From contig OY970061.1 of assembly GCA_963705255.1 (NCBI GenBank), positions 2,240,001 through 2,304,000 of the forward strand: DNA of 64,000 nt. Direction: 5' to 3'. Of this stretch, positions 20,308-31,300 are shown one piece after another (position 1 is the stretch's first letter; each line of letters begins with the position of its first letter). This DNA is from an uncultured Methanoregulaceae archaeon. GTDB taxonomy: Archaea > Halobacteriota > Methanomicrobia > Methanomicrobiales > Methanospirillaceae. Both the position numbers and the translations under genes were made by a program. Below the pieces are notes generated by a model, which saw nothing but the letters and a program-made list of their open reading frames with translations, had not been told where the DNA came from and did not search any database.

Positions 20308-21102
20308 TTATTCCCGCGATACAGCAGTTCTCCCCGCGTGCTCCTCTTCTTCGCGGACGCGGCCTGCCGCAATCTCACAGTAGCGCGGGTCGATCTCGAT
20401 GCCGACACCGCAACGGCCGCAGCGGGCCGCTGCGACGAGCGTGCTCCCGCTGCCCATGAAGGGATCGAGAACGGTATCCCCGACGAACGAGAAGAGTTTC
20501 ATACAGCGGAGCGGGAGCTCGACCGGGAACGGGGCAGGGTGGCCGATCCGGCTCTTGCGTTCGCCGGAGAACGTCCAGAGCCCGTTGGTCCAGGCCATGA
20601 ACTCCTCCTTGGTGATATCGGACTGCCGCGACCCGCTGGTCTTTTTCCAGCTCTCTTTGTAGAGCACGACGATCAGTTCCACGGGGGCGATCACGTACGG
20701 CGCCGAGGCGCTGGCCCACGACCCCCATGCGGTACGGCGGGAGATGTTCCCCTCGTTCCAGACGATGGTCGAGTGGTAGGAGAACCCGGCCTCTTTGGCA
20801 ATCGTGGTGAGGTCGGCCCCTACGCTCTGCTGGCCCCCCTTGTTCTTGTCAAGGGGGATGTTCAGGCAGAACCGCCCGTCGGTTTTGAGCCAGCCGTGGC
20901 AGCGTTTCATCCAGCGGTGCGAGAAATCGAGGTACTCGTCGTACGTGACGCGGTCGTCATGGGAATTATATCTGATGCCCACGTTATAGGGCGGCGACGT
21001 GACTGCGAGGTCAACGCTCCCCGCGGCAAGCATGTCGGTTGCAAAGATATCCCCGTTGATGATGGAGGACTGCACTCCCCTGAAAAAAAACCCGTTCTCC
21101 AC
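20308..21102 (-). CDS. Site-specific amino-DNA methyltransferase, beta class (probably N4-cytosine), orphan
   Basis: Motif IV TSPPY precedes HPAPFP and motif I VLDPFMGSGST. Confidence 0.9.
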   Translation of the reverse strand: MENGFFFRGVQSSIINGDIFATDMLAAGSVDLAVTSPPYNVGIRYNSHDDRVTYDEYLDFSHRWMKRCHGWLKTDGRFCLNIPLDKNKGGQQSVGADLTTIAKEAGFSYHSTIVWNEGNISRRTAWGSWASASAPYVIAPVELIVVLYKESWKKTSGSRQSDITKEEFMAWTNGLWTFSGERKSRIGHPAPFPVELPLRCMKLFSFVGDTVLDPFMGSGSTLVAAARCGRCGVGIEIDPRYCEIAAGRVREEEEHAGRTAVSRE

Positions 21103-21375
21103 GCCGCACCCTTTTCTAAGCTTCGCTCTGGTGTGCTAAAGAATTACCCCTGCGAAATGAGAGGGGGATGATGCACCTCATACCTCTGGCTGCAGGTACA
21201 AGGGGATTCCCTGCGCCTGCCTGGTACAGGTGGTGCCGCCCGCCCGGTTGACTGAACCGTGAGGTTACATGAATAACTTTCACCATCAGGAAAATATTTC
21301 AACAGCGCCACTGAATTGATAGTAGAGTGTTCTGCTACAGGCAAAGCTTGGTGCGGATACTGTCCGGAGCGGGTA

Positions 21376-22166
21376 ATGAACAGGCAGGTCATCTTCAGGA
21401 TCGGATTGTGTTGTTTCCTTCTTCTCATAGCGGTCGGGATCCCTCTCGCCAGCGCAGCAACTGAAATTATCCCGCTGCCCGTGCAGCAGCAACAGAACCT
21501 TTCCCCGCAGGACAACCCGGCACTGATCGGTGCACTCAAAGCCCATGCAGCAGAACTTGCCGGGTACCAGAAAGCCCGCATGGATGGCGTCATCAGTACA
21601 TCACGAACATCAGCGGAGGTTCCGGCGGGGTAGATCTCCAGATGATCGAGGAGGATTACCTTGCCACGGCGACCTCCATACCGCTCATGGGGACGGTGGA
21701 CGAGATTGACGCGGCCCGAAGCAATATGGGGGATCTGACCCGGCAGTTCTCAGAGGAGACCAAGACGCAGATGCAGATCTTCAACGGCAGCACGGAAGAC
21801 ATGAGGTCGAGCATCAACGACTCAATTGCGTCGGTCGGGGAATCTGTGGACGGCGTGAAGGGTTATGCCTGGCTGGCCGGCGACGCCGCCAGGCTCCAGG
21901 TCTTTGACCTCGCCGTCATGAATCAGAACGAACTCCTCGCCTCGCTGAGCAGCCGGGGAATTGATGTCTCCGCTGCGCAAAGTGTCGCTGATCAGATCGC
22001 AGCCCAGCGCACGGTCCTCGTGGATGCTTTAAAAAACCATGACGACGCCGCCCTGAAGACGACGAATGCTGTCATAAAATCCCTGAACCAGCAGTTCCGG
22101 AACGATATCGCGACCTACCGTGCGAAGCTGGAGATCCAGATGACGGTCGCGGCCCTGAACCTGTAA
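21376..22166 (+). CDS. Secreted helical hypothetical protein, apparent frameshifts near 21595-21630
   Basis: Signal peptide in ORF 21376-, continuing in ORF 21642-22166; two missing bases restore one frame. Confidence 0.6.
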
Positions 22167-22250
22167 GCGCTGCGGCCGGGCCAGTGTGGTATTTTCCTGC
22201 CTTCCGTAAAACCGCGGGAGGTTTTTTTGTCTGCGGGTCGATACTCCGGT

Positions 22251-22751
22251 ATGCACGCGGATCCAGCAGTGCCGCCCTTCACGTATCTGCCGATCGGGAC
22301 CATCCGGTCCCCGTTCCACGATACTGCGGGCATGCCCATCCAGCCGAACGGCGCCCGGGGAGTCCGGGGGACGGTCGAGATCTTCGGGAAGTACCGGGAA
22401 GGGCTCTCTGACCTCGACGGGTTTGCCCGCATCATCCTGATCTACGCGTTCCACAAATGTACAGACCACTGTCTGACGGTGACGCCTTTCCTCGACACGA
22501 CGGCCCGGGGGGTCTTTGCCACCCGCTCGCCCCGCCGCCCGAACGCGATCGGGCTCTCGGTCGTCCGGCTCACCGGGGTGAAGGGCACGACCCTGGAGGT
22601 GGAGGACGTGGACGTCCTCGACGGTACCCCGCTCCTCGACATCAAGCCATATGTGCCCGAGTTCGACTCGTACCCGTGCTCGTCCTGCGGCTGGCTGGAG
22701 AAGGTCGCGGGGAATGCGGAGACGGCCCGGTCGGATGACCGGTTCCGGTGA
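22251..22751 (+). CDS. tsaA: tRNA t6A37 N6-methyltransferase TrmO/TsaA family
   Basis: PIGTIRSPF...GVFATRSP.RPNAIGLS...D.LDGTPLLDIKPY. Confidence 0.9.
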   Translation: MHADPAVPPFTYLPIGTIRSPFHDTAGMPIQPNGARGVRGTVEIFGKYREGLSDLDGFARIILIYAFHKCTDHCLTVTPFLDTTARGVFATRSPRRPNAIGLSVVRLTGVKGTTLEVEDVDVLDGTPLLDIKPYVPEFDSYPCSSCGWLEKVAGNAETARSDDRFR

Positions 22752-22823
22752 TGCGCTCCCGCGCGGGTATTCCTCTTTTCGCAACCCTTATCCGTTCAGG
22801 CGCCGGACACCGGGTGATATGCC

Positions 22824-23309
22824 ATGACAAAAACGGAGAAGTACTCAAGCGTCCCCGGGATCCTGCGCCCATTCAAAGAGTTTGTGCAGGGTACCGGGAT
22901 CAGGGACGGAGACCAGATCGCGTATTACGGGTGCACCGGCACCTGCACCCCTTTTGTCGAGCTCCTCGCGGTCTCAGTCCGCGGGCTCCGTCCCGAGCAG
23001 GTCTTCGTGCCGCTGCTGGACGAATCAAAGGCAAAGAAGATCCTGAATGTCGATGACGTGGGGATGCAGGTCTGCGGCGGCCCGGCAACCGTCCGCCCGA
23101 AACTCGTTGTAATCATGGGCGGGCTCGCGATGCCGAACATGCCGGTGACAAAAGAGCAGGTGCGTGATCTCATCCGCAGCCACGGCAACGCGAAGGCGGC
23201 CGGGGTCTGTTTCATGAGCATGTTCGAAAAGGCCGGCTGGCTTGACGAGGTCCGGTTCGACCTGGTGATCGATGCGACGATAGATCCGGTGGTAGTGACC
23301 ATCCGGTAA
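22824..23309 (+). CDS. DUF2124-family methanogen protein
   Basis: G..GTCTPFVELL, MGGLAMP, GVCFMSMFEKAGW motifs. Confidence 0.75.
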   Translation: MTKTEKYSSVPGILRPFKEFVQGTGIRDGDQIAYYGCTGTCTPFVELLAVSVRGLRPEQVFVPLLDESKAKKILNVDDVGMQVCGGPATVRPKLVVIMGGLAMPNMPVTKEQVRDLIRSHGNAKAAGVCFMSMFEKAGWLDEVRFDLVIDATIDPVVVTIR

Positions 23310-23428
23310 GAGCATTTTTTTGGCTCTGGAGAATTCCGGTTGTACCGGCGCCGGATTTTTTCCGGTTTCCTGTACCCGTGCGGCGGAAATTTTCCTGATC
23401 TCCCTTCAACATCCGGTCCCAGCGACAT

Positions 23429-23474
23429 CTTTATATGGAAAATCATACAAATAGGTATTGTATGAAAAGTATGA
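23429..23474 (+). promoter_or_regulatory. Putative TATA box followed by an inverted-repeat operator
   Basis: CTTTATAT (23429-23436), then TCATACAA-N7-TTGTATGA (23443-23465) and a further GTATGA half-site, upstream of the AbrB-family gene. Confidence 0.55.
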
Positions 23475-23503
23475 AATGTGGGAATGATGACCTGGTAGGC
23501 GAG

Positions 23504-23734
23504 ATGATCGCACCACGGAAGGAGAAGACGAAACACCTCTTCGGCAGCGTGAAAGTCGGGGAGCGCGGGCAGGTTGTCATACCCAAGGAAGCCCGGGAGA
23601 TCTTCGACATCAAGCAGGGGGATATCCTGCTGGTGCTCGGGGACGTGGAGCGGGGGATTGCGCTCGTGAAAGCGGATGCCCTCCAGGAGTTCGCACGGAA
23701 GATCCTGGACAGCGCAAGCAGGCCGGATGAATAA
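23504..23734 (+). CDS. AbrB/MazE/SpoVT-family DNA-binding protein
   Basis: SVKVGERGQVVIPKEAREIFDIKQGD motif. Confidence 0.9.
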   Translation: MIAPRKEKTKHLFGSVKVGERGQVVIPKEAREIFDIKQGDILLVLGDVERGIALVKADALQEFARKILDSASRPDE

Positions 23735-23751
23735 TACCGGGAACGGAGATT

Positions 23752-24402
23752 ATGATGAAAAAATCCGGGACGGGATGCGAGGAATTCAGGTTCCTTGCTG
23801 ACAAAGTGCGGGAAGCAGGTGCCGCAGATGCGAGGGTCATCCCTGCAAACGGGATCGTTGTCGAGGACCGGGTCCGGCAGAAATGCAGGATGGGGTGCTA
23901 CGAGTTCGGGAAGTCCCTTACCTGCCCGCCCCATGCACCGCCGGTCGAAGACTTCAGGCAATCCCTCAGGGACTACCAGTACGCGCTTCTGATCAAGTTC
24001 CGTTCCGGAGCGGAGTTTGGAGAAGAGATCCGGTACTCCCTTTTCCGTGACCTGATCGATCCGGCAGCGCCACAAACCTCGAAAGAATCCGCTGCTACAT
24101 TCCTGTCCGCGTACGTGACTGAGACCCGGAAACTCCACCGGGTCATGCTGGACCTGGAGCGGGCGACCTTCAATGCCGGGTATACGTTTGCTCTCACGAC
24201 GATATGCGGCCCCGGTTGCAGGTTATGTGAGACCTGTAACGTACAGGAAGAGAGATGCATCCACCCGACCATGATGCGGTTCTCCCCGGAAGCGCTCGGG
24301 ATCAATGTGGTGAAGACAGCAGCGGACGCCGGCATGCCAATCCATTTTCCGGCACTAGAGAACCCGGAACGGATTGCAATCCTGCTCATCGACCAAAGAT
24401 AA
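23752..24402 (+). CDS. DUF2284-family metal-binding protein
   Basis: KC..GC..FG...TCPP, GC.LC..C....C.HP...RFSPEALGINV. Confidence 0.8.
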   Translation: MMKKSGTGCEEFRFLADKVREAGAADARVIPANGIVVEDRVRQKCRMGCYEFGKSLTCPPHAPPVEDFRQSLRDYQYALLIKFRSGAEFGEEIRYSLFRDLIDPAAPQTSKESAATFLSAYVTETRKLHRVMLDLERATFNAGYTFALTTICGPGCRLCETCNVQEERCIHPTMMRFSPEALGINVVKTAADAGMPIHFPALENPERIAILLIDQR

Positions 24403-24493
24403 AAAATTCCCCCTCCTGCGGGAAGGGAAAGAGATACCCTGCAGGATGCAGGGAAAAAATGGTGAAGATAAGGGAAACCGTGAGGAAAAAGTC

Positions 24494-25864
24494 ATGAAAA
24501 TTGTTGTATTGAACGGCAGCCCTAAGGGCGATATCAGTGTTACGATGCAGTATGTTGCGTTCATCCGGAAGAAATTCCCGGAACACCGCTATGAGATTCT
24601 CAACGTGGCACATGACATACGAAAGATTGAGAAGGATACCGAAGCCTGGAATAAAACAATTGAGAGCATCCGGTCCGCAGATATGGTCCTCTGGGCATTT
24701 CCGCTCTATTACCTGGTCGTCTCTTCCCAGTACAAACGGTTTATCGAACTCATCTTCGAGCGGAAGGCACAGGACGCATGTGCCGGAACCTATGCCGCAT
24801 CGCTCTCAACATCCATCCATTTCTTCGACCAGACCGCCCATGCCTACATCCATGCAGTCAGCGACGATCTCGGGATGAAATACCTCGGGTTTTACTCCGC
24901 CGGGATGAAGGACCTCTTATCCGGAGAGGAACGAAAGCGTCTGGAGAAGTTCGCATCCCTGCTCATCACCGCGGTACAGGAAAAGGTTCCCGTCCAGCGG
25001 GAGAACGCCCCGCTCGTCTGGCCGGCTCACACGTATGTCCCGGGCAAGGAACAAAAAACTCCTGGCACAGGTACAAAAAAGGTTGTCATCCTGACCGATT
25101 CCGATGGCAGTTCTCCCAATCTTGCGGCAATGACCGACCGGCTCCTCAAAAATTTTTCCGGCCCGGCAGAGATGATCAACCTTCATGACGTGAATATAAA
25201 GGGAGGCTGTCTCGGGTGCTGCCAGTGCGGCTATGACAACACCTGCGTCTATACCGACGGGTACGCTGACTTTTTCAAGAACAGGCTGGTGCCCGCGGAT
25301 ATCATCATCATGGCAGGCTCGGTGCACGACCGGTATCTCTCGTCGACATGGAAGCAGTTCTTCGACCGGAGTTTTTTCCAGGGACATATCCCGGGTCTTG
25401 AAGGCAGACAGATTGGCTTTGTGATCGCCGGCCCCCTCGGGCAGATCCCTTCCCTGAAAGAGGCACTCGCGGCATGGGCAGACAATGGCGGGTGTCATAC
25501 ACATTTTGTTACGGACGAGGTTTCAGGTTCCGGGGAACTCGATGCCCTGCTCGATGCCATGGCGGCACGTCTCGTACGGTGCGTAGAAGCAGGATACATC
25601 CCCCCGCGAACCTTCTACGCGATCGGCGGCCACAAGGTATTCCGGGACAGCATCTACGGGGGATTGAGAATTGCATTCCAGGCAGATTACCGGTACTACC
25701 GGGAGCACGGGATGTTCGATTTTCCGCAGGGAGACCTGAAGACCCGGCTTTTCAATGCAGCCCTCATCCCGCTTATGCGAATCCCTGGTTTCCGGAAAAA
25801 AGTGTTTGCCGATATGAAACACCACATGACAGAGCCCTTCGGACAGGTGCTCAGGAATGCCTGA
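24494..25864 (+). CDS. Tandem flavodoxin-fold NAD(P)H-dependent oxidoreductase / iron-sulfur flavoprotein
   Basis: N-terminal LNGSPKG; second domain with GCLGCCQC...C and FFDR. Confidence 0.8.
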   Translation: MKIVVLNGSPKGDISVTMQYVAFIRKKFPEHRYEILNVAHDIRKIEKDTEAWNKTIESIRSADMVLWAFPLYYLVVSSQYKRFIELIFERKAQDACAGTYAASLSTSIHFFDQTAHAYIHAVSDDLGMKYLGFYSAGMKDLLSGEERKRLEKFASLLITAVQEKVPVQRENAPLVWPAHTYVPGKEQKTPGTGTKKVVILTDSDGSSPNLAAMTDRLLKNFSGPAEMINLHDVNIKGGCLGCCQCGYDNTCVYTDGYADFFKNRLVPADIIIMAGSVHDRYLSSTWKQFFDRSFFQGHIPGLEGRQIGFVIAGPLGQIPSLKEALAAWADNGGCHTHFVTDEVSGSGELDALLDAMAARLVRCVEAGYIPPRTFYAIGGHKVFRDSIYGGLRIAFQADYRYYREHGMFDFPQGDLKTRLFNAALIPLMRIPGFRKKVFADMKHHMTEPFGQVLRNA

Positions 25865-25883
25865 GTTTTTCGGGAGAATTCCC

Positions 25884-26468
25884 ATGAGGGGCCCGGGCAT
25901 TCTCTGGGGCTTTGCCCCCCTTATCGTGTACGCGGTCTTCGCCGGCAGCTCCGCGGGGCAGGCGAAGATCGCCCTGCTCGCGGCGCTCGTCGCGGCCGTT
26001 GTTGCCGGGTACCACGACCTGCCGAAGGGCCGGGTCATGGCCTGGGCAAACCTCGCGATTTTCGGGCTCCCGCTGGCCGCGCTCGGCCTCTTCGGCCAGG
26101 CCTGGATCATCAGCTGGATGAACGTCCTGGTCTACGCAGGCCTCGCGGTGGTGGCTTTCGGCTCGGTCCTTGCCCGGCGCCCGTTCACCCTGCAGTACGC
26201 CCGGGAGATGGTGCCAAAAGAGATCCAGGAGCACCCGGGATTTCTCACCGCCAACCGGTTCATGACTTTGGCGTGGGGAGCGGTGTTTGCCATAAACCTC
26301 GGCCTCTCCTCCGCTGCGGTCATGGGCCCCCCGGGGTACAAAGGGCCGATCGTGCTCCTCACCTTCCTCGTGCTCGCGGCCGGGATCGCGTTCACGCTCT
26401 GGTACCCGTCCCATGTCCGGAAGCGGAAGGGAGCGGTGGGGGACCGGGGCGGTCCGGGCCAGCGATAG
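25884..26468 (+). CDS. Integral membrane protein (PFT.QYAR motif)
   Basis: About 6 TM helices; RPFTLQYARE...F...N..MTLAW motif. Confidence 0.7.
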   Translation: MRGPGILWGFAPLIVYAVFAGSSAGQAKIALLAALVAAVVAGYHDLPKGRVMAWANLAIFGLPLAALGLFGQAWIISWMNVLVYAGLAVVAFGSVLARRPFTLQYAREMVPKEIQEHPGFLTANRFMTLAWGAVFAINLGLSSAAVMGPPGYKGPIVLLTFLVLAAGIAFTLWYPSHVRKRKGAVGDRGGPGQR

Positions 26469-26534
26469 CGTGCCGGGATATCCTGGTGCCGGCCGTACGG
26501 CACATCTTTATAGGCCCTCTTCCAATCATCCGCC

Positions 26535-26678
26535 ATGGACAAGCGACCACAGACACCCCATGTGAAACACGATCGCCCGACCTGCGAGCAGTGCCAGGCT
26601 TCCAATATCGTCCTGAGGGCCGACGGCACCTATTCCTGCCGGCGGTGCGGGTTCGACAGCGCACACGGGAAGAAATGA
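26535..26678 (+). CDS. 47-aa zinc-ribbon small protein (not in ORF track)
   Basis: MDKRPQTPHVKHDRPTCEQCQASNIVLRADGTYSCRRCGFDSAHGKK*, two CxxC pairs; CTTTATA upstream. Confidence 0.65.
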   Translation: MDKRPQTPHVKHDRPTCEQCQASNIVLRADGTYSCRRCGFDSAHGKK

Positions 26679-26914
26679 GCGTGGCGGGTCCGTGGCCTGA
26701 CGCCCGGCCCATTCCCCTCCCCGGGACCATCACGGCCCCGGACGGCCATCCGTGCCGCCCCCGCCCCCGAACTCCCGGGCTGAACAGTACCCCTGAGGAT
26801 GCGGGGCTTCCGGATGTGCCAAACGGTGGGGAGAAGCGGGACAGGCAGACCGGTACCAACAAATAGCGAGACGGAATAATCAGATAACTGAACAGAGTGA
26901 AAAAGAGGATATCC

Positions 26915-27286
26915 ATGAAAAGAACTGCCATCGTTCTGATACTCATCATCGCCGGGGTATTCCTCGCGGGATGCACCTCGGCCGGGACAACCGGCCAGGA
27001 TACCGTGCAGGACACCATCCGGGCCCACTATGGCTACGATGAGAGCTGGTCGTTTGGCCTCGGATGCTACGGGAAAGTTTCCGGGTATGCCTACAACGCG
27101 GGAAACACACCGGTGGAGAATGTCGTGCTGTACTTCAACCTCGTCAATGTCCAGAGCGGGACCATACGCGATTCGCGGTCCGTCTTCATCGGCCCGCTGG
27201 GGGCCGGGCAGTCGAGCACGTTTGAGACGGTCCTTGACGGGGAATGCACGCAGAATTACCGGGTCGACGGGACCATCGTAAAATAA
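26915..27286 (+). CDS. Lipoprotein with FxLYD-like Ig domain
   Basis: MKR + hydrophobic stretch + LAGC lipobox; VSG..YN.G...V.NV...G.LG.GQS.TF. Confidence 0.7.
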   Translation: MKRTAIVLILIIAGVFLAGCTSAGTTGQDTVQDTIRAHYGYDESWSFGLGCYGKVSGYAYNAGNTPVENVVLYFNLVNVQSGTIRDSRSVFIGPLGAGQSSTFETVLDGECTQNYRVDGTIVK

Positions 27287-27550
27287 CCCCGTATCCGGAG
27301 TTTCCCTGTTCTTTCGGCCTGGGAGAATCCCTCACCAGGAACCGGAAACGGGGAAACCAGGATTCATGAAATTGTTGTTTTATTCCGGGTTGACAGGCAA
27401 ATTCTTCCGGAGCGAAAGAGCGGTCACCCGCTGCTCACGTACCAGGAGCCCGGGCACTGATCTGCGGATTGGTGTCCCGTGCGCTCCGGACACCCGGGAG
27501 AAGAACGAAAAAAGATCTCGTTTCCGGTGAACAAATCCGAAAATCTCCCC

Positions 27551-28150
27551 CTAAAAGAAGATCTCCTCCTTTGGAAACCGCACTTTTGGCACCGGCTTGT
27601 CCGCCGCGTAGCCCAGCGGGCAGAGCATCGTGGGGACGAGCGGCGGCGGGATCTTCAGGATCCTGGCATACTCTTTCGGGTCGAACCCGCCCATCGGGCA
27701 GGAGTCAAAGCCAAGCGACTTGGCGCCGTTCACGGCATTGCCAAGCGCGAGGAAGAGCTGGGACTGCGCCCAGCAGAGTTTCTGCTCCCCGCTCATCTTC
27801 CCGGTCATGTCCGTTGCAATCCCGATCACCATCGTCCGGGCCTCCTCAGGCACCCCGGATGTTTTCATCAGCTGCCCGACCTTTTTGATCAGGCTGTCAA
27901 AGTCCGGGTTCGCGCAGAAGACCAGCAGGTGCGAGCAGGACGTGATCTGCTCCTGGCCCCACGTCGCCGGCTTCAGCTGCTCCTTCACCTTCTGGTCGGT
28001 GACAACCTTGATCTTCCACGGCTGGAGGTTGATGGCCGAAGGGGCGAACCGCACGAGCTCCAGGAGCTCGCTGACCTTCCCTTCGGGGATCTTCCGCCCG
28101 TCAAATTTCTTGGTCGCGTACCGCGACATCACAATCTCCCTGAACTCCAT
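27551..28150 (-). CDS. Nitroreductase family protein
   Basis: RYATKKFD, APSAINLQPW, LGFDSCPMGGFD. Confidence 0.93.
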   Translation of the reverse strand: MEFREIVMSRYATKKFDGRKIPEGKVSELLELVRFAPSAINLQPWKIKVVTDQKVKEQLKPATWGQEQITSCSHLLVFCANPDFDSLIKKVGQLMKTSGVPEEARTMVIGIATDMTGKMSGEQKLCWAQSQLFLALGNAVNGAKSLGFDSCPMGGFDPKEYARILKIPPPLVPTMLCPLGYAADKPVPKVRFPKEEIFF

Positions 28151-28215
28151 ACCTTCACCCCGCATTGCGGTACGTGTCACTTATCCGGGGCTGGTATTTA
28201 TACCATTCCCCGTCA

Positions 28216-28307
28216 GGTGCTGGTGCGTTGTCGGGACGTTTAAATAGTCAACATTGCCAGGTAACGACGATATCATTTCCATTAAGTTCCGTTAACGCAG
28301 CAGCACC
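28216..28307. repeat. 92-bp fold-back element, copy A (direct repeat of 32584-32675)
   Basis: 86/92 identical to copy B; ~22-nt imperfect terminal inverted repeats; internal TTTAAATA. Confidence 0.95.
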
Positions 28308-28365
28308 CGCAGATGCAATAGAACTCGATTTCTCACCAAGTTCAGAACCCATAGCATATCTGCCG

Positions 28366-31300
28366 TCATATCTCCTTTGCAGTTATCCGCCAGTTTCCCT
28401 TCGGAACGGTCATCTCAAACCGTGCACCTTTGCCGGGGGTTCCCGTTTCCCGGATGGTAATCCCCGTTATATTAAGAATCTCCCGAGCAAGGAAGAGTCC
28501 AAGCCCGGTGTTCTTGCCAAATTCATGCTCGAAGATCCGTTCCTTCTCATCTGCAGGGATACCATTGCCATCATCCTCGCATAGGATCAGATGATTATCA
28601 CTGGATTCCTGTGCAGAGAACCGGATGGTTGTGATCTTCCCTCCATACCTGACAGCGTTATCCATCATGTTATAGAAGACCTTGACAATCAGAGGGTCGG
28701 CGAACACTTCTGCACCAGCAGGGAGATCGTTATTCATCGTGACATTTCCAAGTGGGGCTTGCTTTGTGGCAGTGTCGACGAGTTTGCGGCAGTTCTGCCA
28801 GACCGGGGCATTGACGCCGATCTTTTCGTATTCCCCGGTGAACTGGATCATAGTAGAGATTCGTTGGGCCGCAGTTGTAGCCTTCTGAAAATATTTATTG
28901 AGTGAGGGATCGGGCTGCTTCTTTTCCAGAATAGCGAGGTATCCCTGTAGCACCGTCAGCTGGTTGTTGATGTCGTGGCGCGTGATGCCTGAGAGGAGGT
29001 TAAGTTTCCTGTTTGCCTCATGGAGCGCCTGCTCTTTTTTTCTGAGCTCTGTGATATCGTGAAGGATTCCTTCAACACCCAGCACATTTCCCTCATCATC
29101 ATAATAAAAATGACTGCTGGCAGTGACCTGGAGGGGTATACCATACCGGGTTTTAAGCACGAGAGGATAATTTTCAACAGAGCCCTTTTCTTTCAGGATA
29201 GCAAGAAATTGTTCGCGTTCCTTGGGATTCTGATACGTATCAAAGGCAACATTAAGTCCGATCATCTGCTCTTCTGAGTCATAACCGGCAAGTTTTACTC
29301 CGTGAGGGCTGAACATAATAAGTTTGCCTTCGCGATCGGTCCGGTAGATCGCATCCTGCATTTTATTGATGATGTCACGGTATTTCTTTTCACTCTTACG
29401 GAGCTCCTCCTCCATGCGTTTCCGGGAGCTGATCTCCCTCATTGAGACAAGTATGGCAGGTGAATTCTGGAACACGATCCGTCTCCCGATGACCTCAACC
29501 CAGATCTGCTGCCCTGTGGAAGATATAACCTGGTAATTCACGGGGTAACTATCGATCCCCTGCGCAACCTCGCTGAAGTCATGGAGAACCTGGGATCGTG
29601 ATTCAGGAGCAATGAACTCCATGACATTCCGGGTTCCGAACATCTCGACCGCGAACTCGGCATCAATTATCCGGCCCGCTGCCCGGTTGCCGAAGAGGAT
29701 AGTTCCGGTGAGGTCAAGGATGAGGATGCCGTCCAGTGAATTCTCGACGAGCGTCCGGAATTTCTCCTCGCTCTCCCGGAGTGCCTCATCGGTCCGATGA
29801 CGTTCGGTGACCTCCCGGAGGGAGAGAAGGATTGCAGGTAACCCTTCGAATGTGATTTTTTTCCCCATGGACTCGATCCAGACTTCCCTCCCCGTGGTGG
29901 ATATCACCTTGTATTTGACAAGATACGCGTCACCTCCCTGCACGACATGGCCGAAATCCCTGATGGCATCCGGTAATGATTCCGGGGCCAGGAACTCCAT
30001 GACATTCCGGGTTCCGAGCATCTCGACCGCGAACTCGGCATCAATTATCCGGCCCGCTGCCCGGTTGCCGAAGAGGATAGTTCCGGTGAGGTCAAGAATG
30101 AGGATGCCGTCGAGCGTGATGTCGATAAGAGTCCGGTACTTTTCCTCGCTCTCCCGGAGTTCCTCCTCAGTACGTTTACGTTCGGTGATGTCTGAGAGGA
30201 GGACGAGGATCCCTGGTCGCCCGTTCCAGGTAATCAGGCTGGCATTGATCTCCATCCAGAGAACGGATCCTTCTTTTGAAACTATCCGGAATGCATACCT
30301 GTTGTTCAATGGCTCTCCGTTAAGACGCCGTTTGTGGTATTCCCCGATCATGGTACGGTCGTCAGGATGAACGAATTCCAGAAATGGTTTTTGTGCAAGT
30401 TCCTCCACTGTATATTTGCCGATCTCCTCGAGCTTCGGATTTGCATAGCGGATCCTGCCATCCTGGATAACGAAAATCGCTTCATCTGCGTTCTCAATCA
30501 GCGTCCGGTACCTGTCTTCACTCTCCCTGAGTGCATCTTCTGCCAGCTTCCGGGCGGTAATATCACGGATTGACAGGATCACGGCGGCTGACCCCGCAAA
30601 GGATATTTTTTTGCCAATGCACTCGATCCACATGTCCTTGTTTTCCCTGTTCAGGATTTTATAATTCACCAGATACCCGTCATTCCCTGCTGCAACACGT
30701 GCAAAATCATTCAGGGCATTTATCCGGAATTCCGGAGCGATTATATCGAGGACATTTACCTTTCCCATCTGGTCCCTGGTAGATTCGGTAAATTGTTGTG
30801 CGCTGTTGTTTGCAAACAGGATAGTCCCGGCGAAATCGACAATCACGATGCCATCGAGAGACTGGTCCACCAGGGCCCGGAACTTCCCTTCACTCTCTTT
30901 GAGTGCTTCCTCTGCCCGGCTGCGTTCGGTGATATCGGTCAGGACAAGGAGTGTGGCAGTGGTGTTGCGGTACTGAATATGGGTTCCCTGTACGATCATC
31001 GATCTCCGGAGCCCGTCCTTCCTTACGATCGCGATCTCATAGGCAGGTACATTACTGTCTGTCTTGCGGGATGCCAGTCTCGCAATTACCATATCACGAT
31101 AATCTTCTGCCACATACGAGAGAACGGGCTTTCCGATCAGCTCCTCAGCGGTGTATCCCAGTGCGGCTACCGAGGTCGGGTTCACGTAGAGGATATTTCC
31201 ATCCGGTCCGTAGACAATGACATAGTCGGGAAGATTTTCCACGAGGCTCCTGTTAAATTCCTCGCTCTCCTTGATGATCTGCTGGTTCTTTTTCAGTTCA

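Noticed and set aside
28216-28307. Canonical integron attC site
   Set aside because: The outer GTT/AAC triplets are in the wrong order for R''/R' boxes and no intI is present. It is kept only as an att-like hypothesis.
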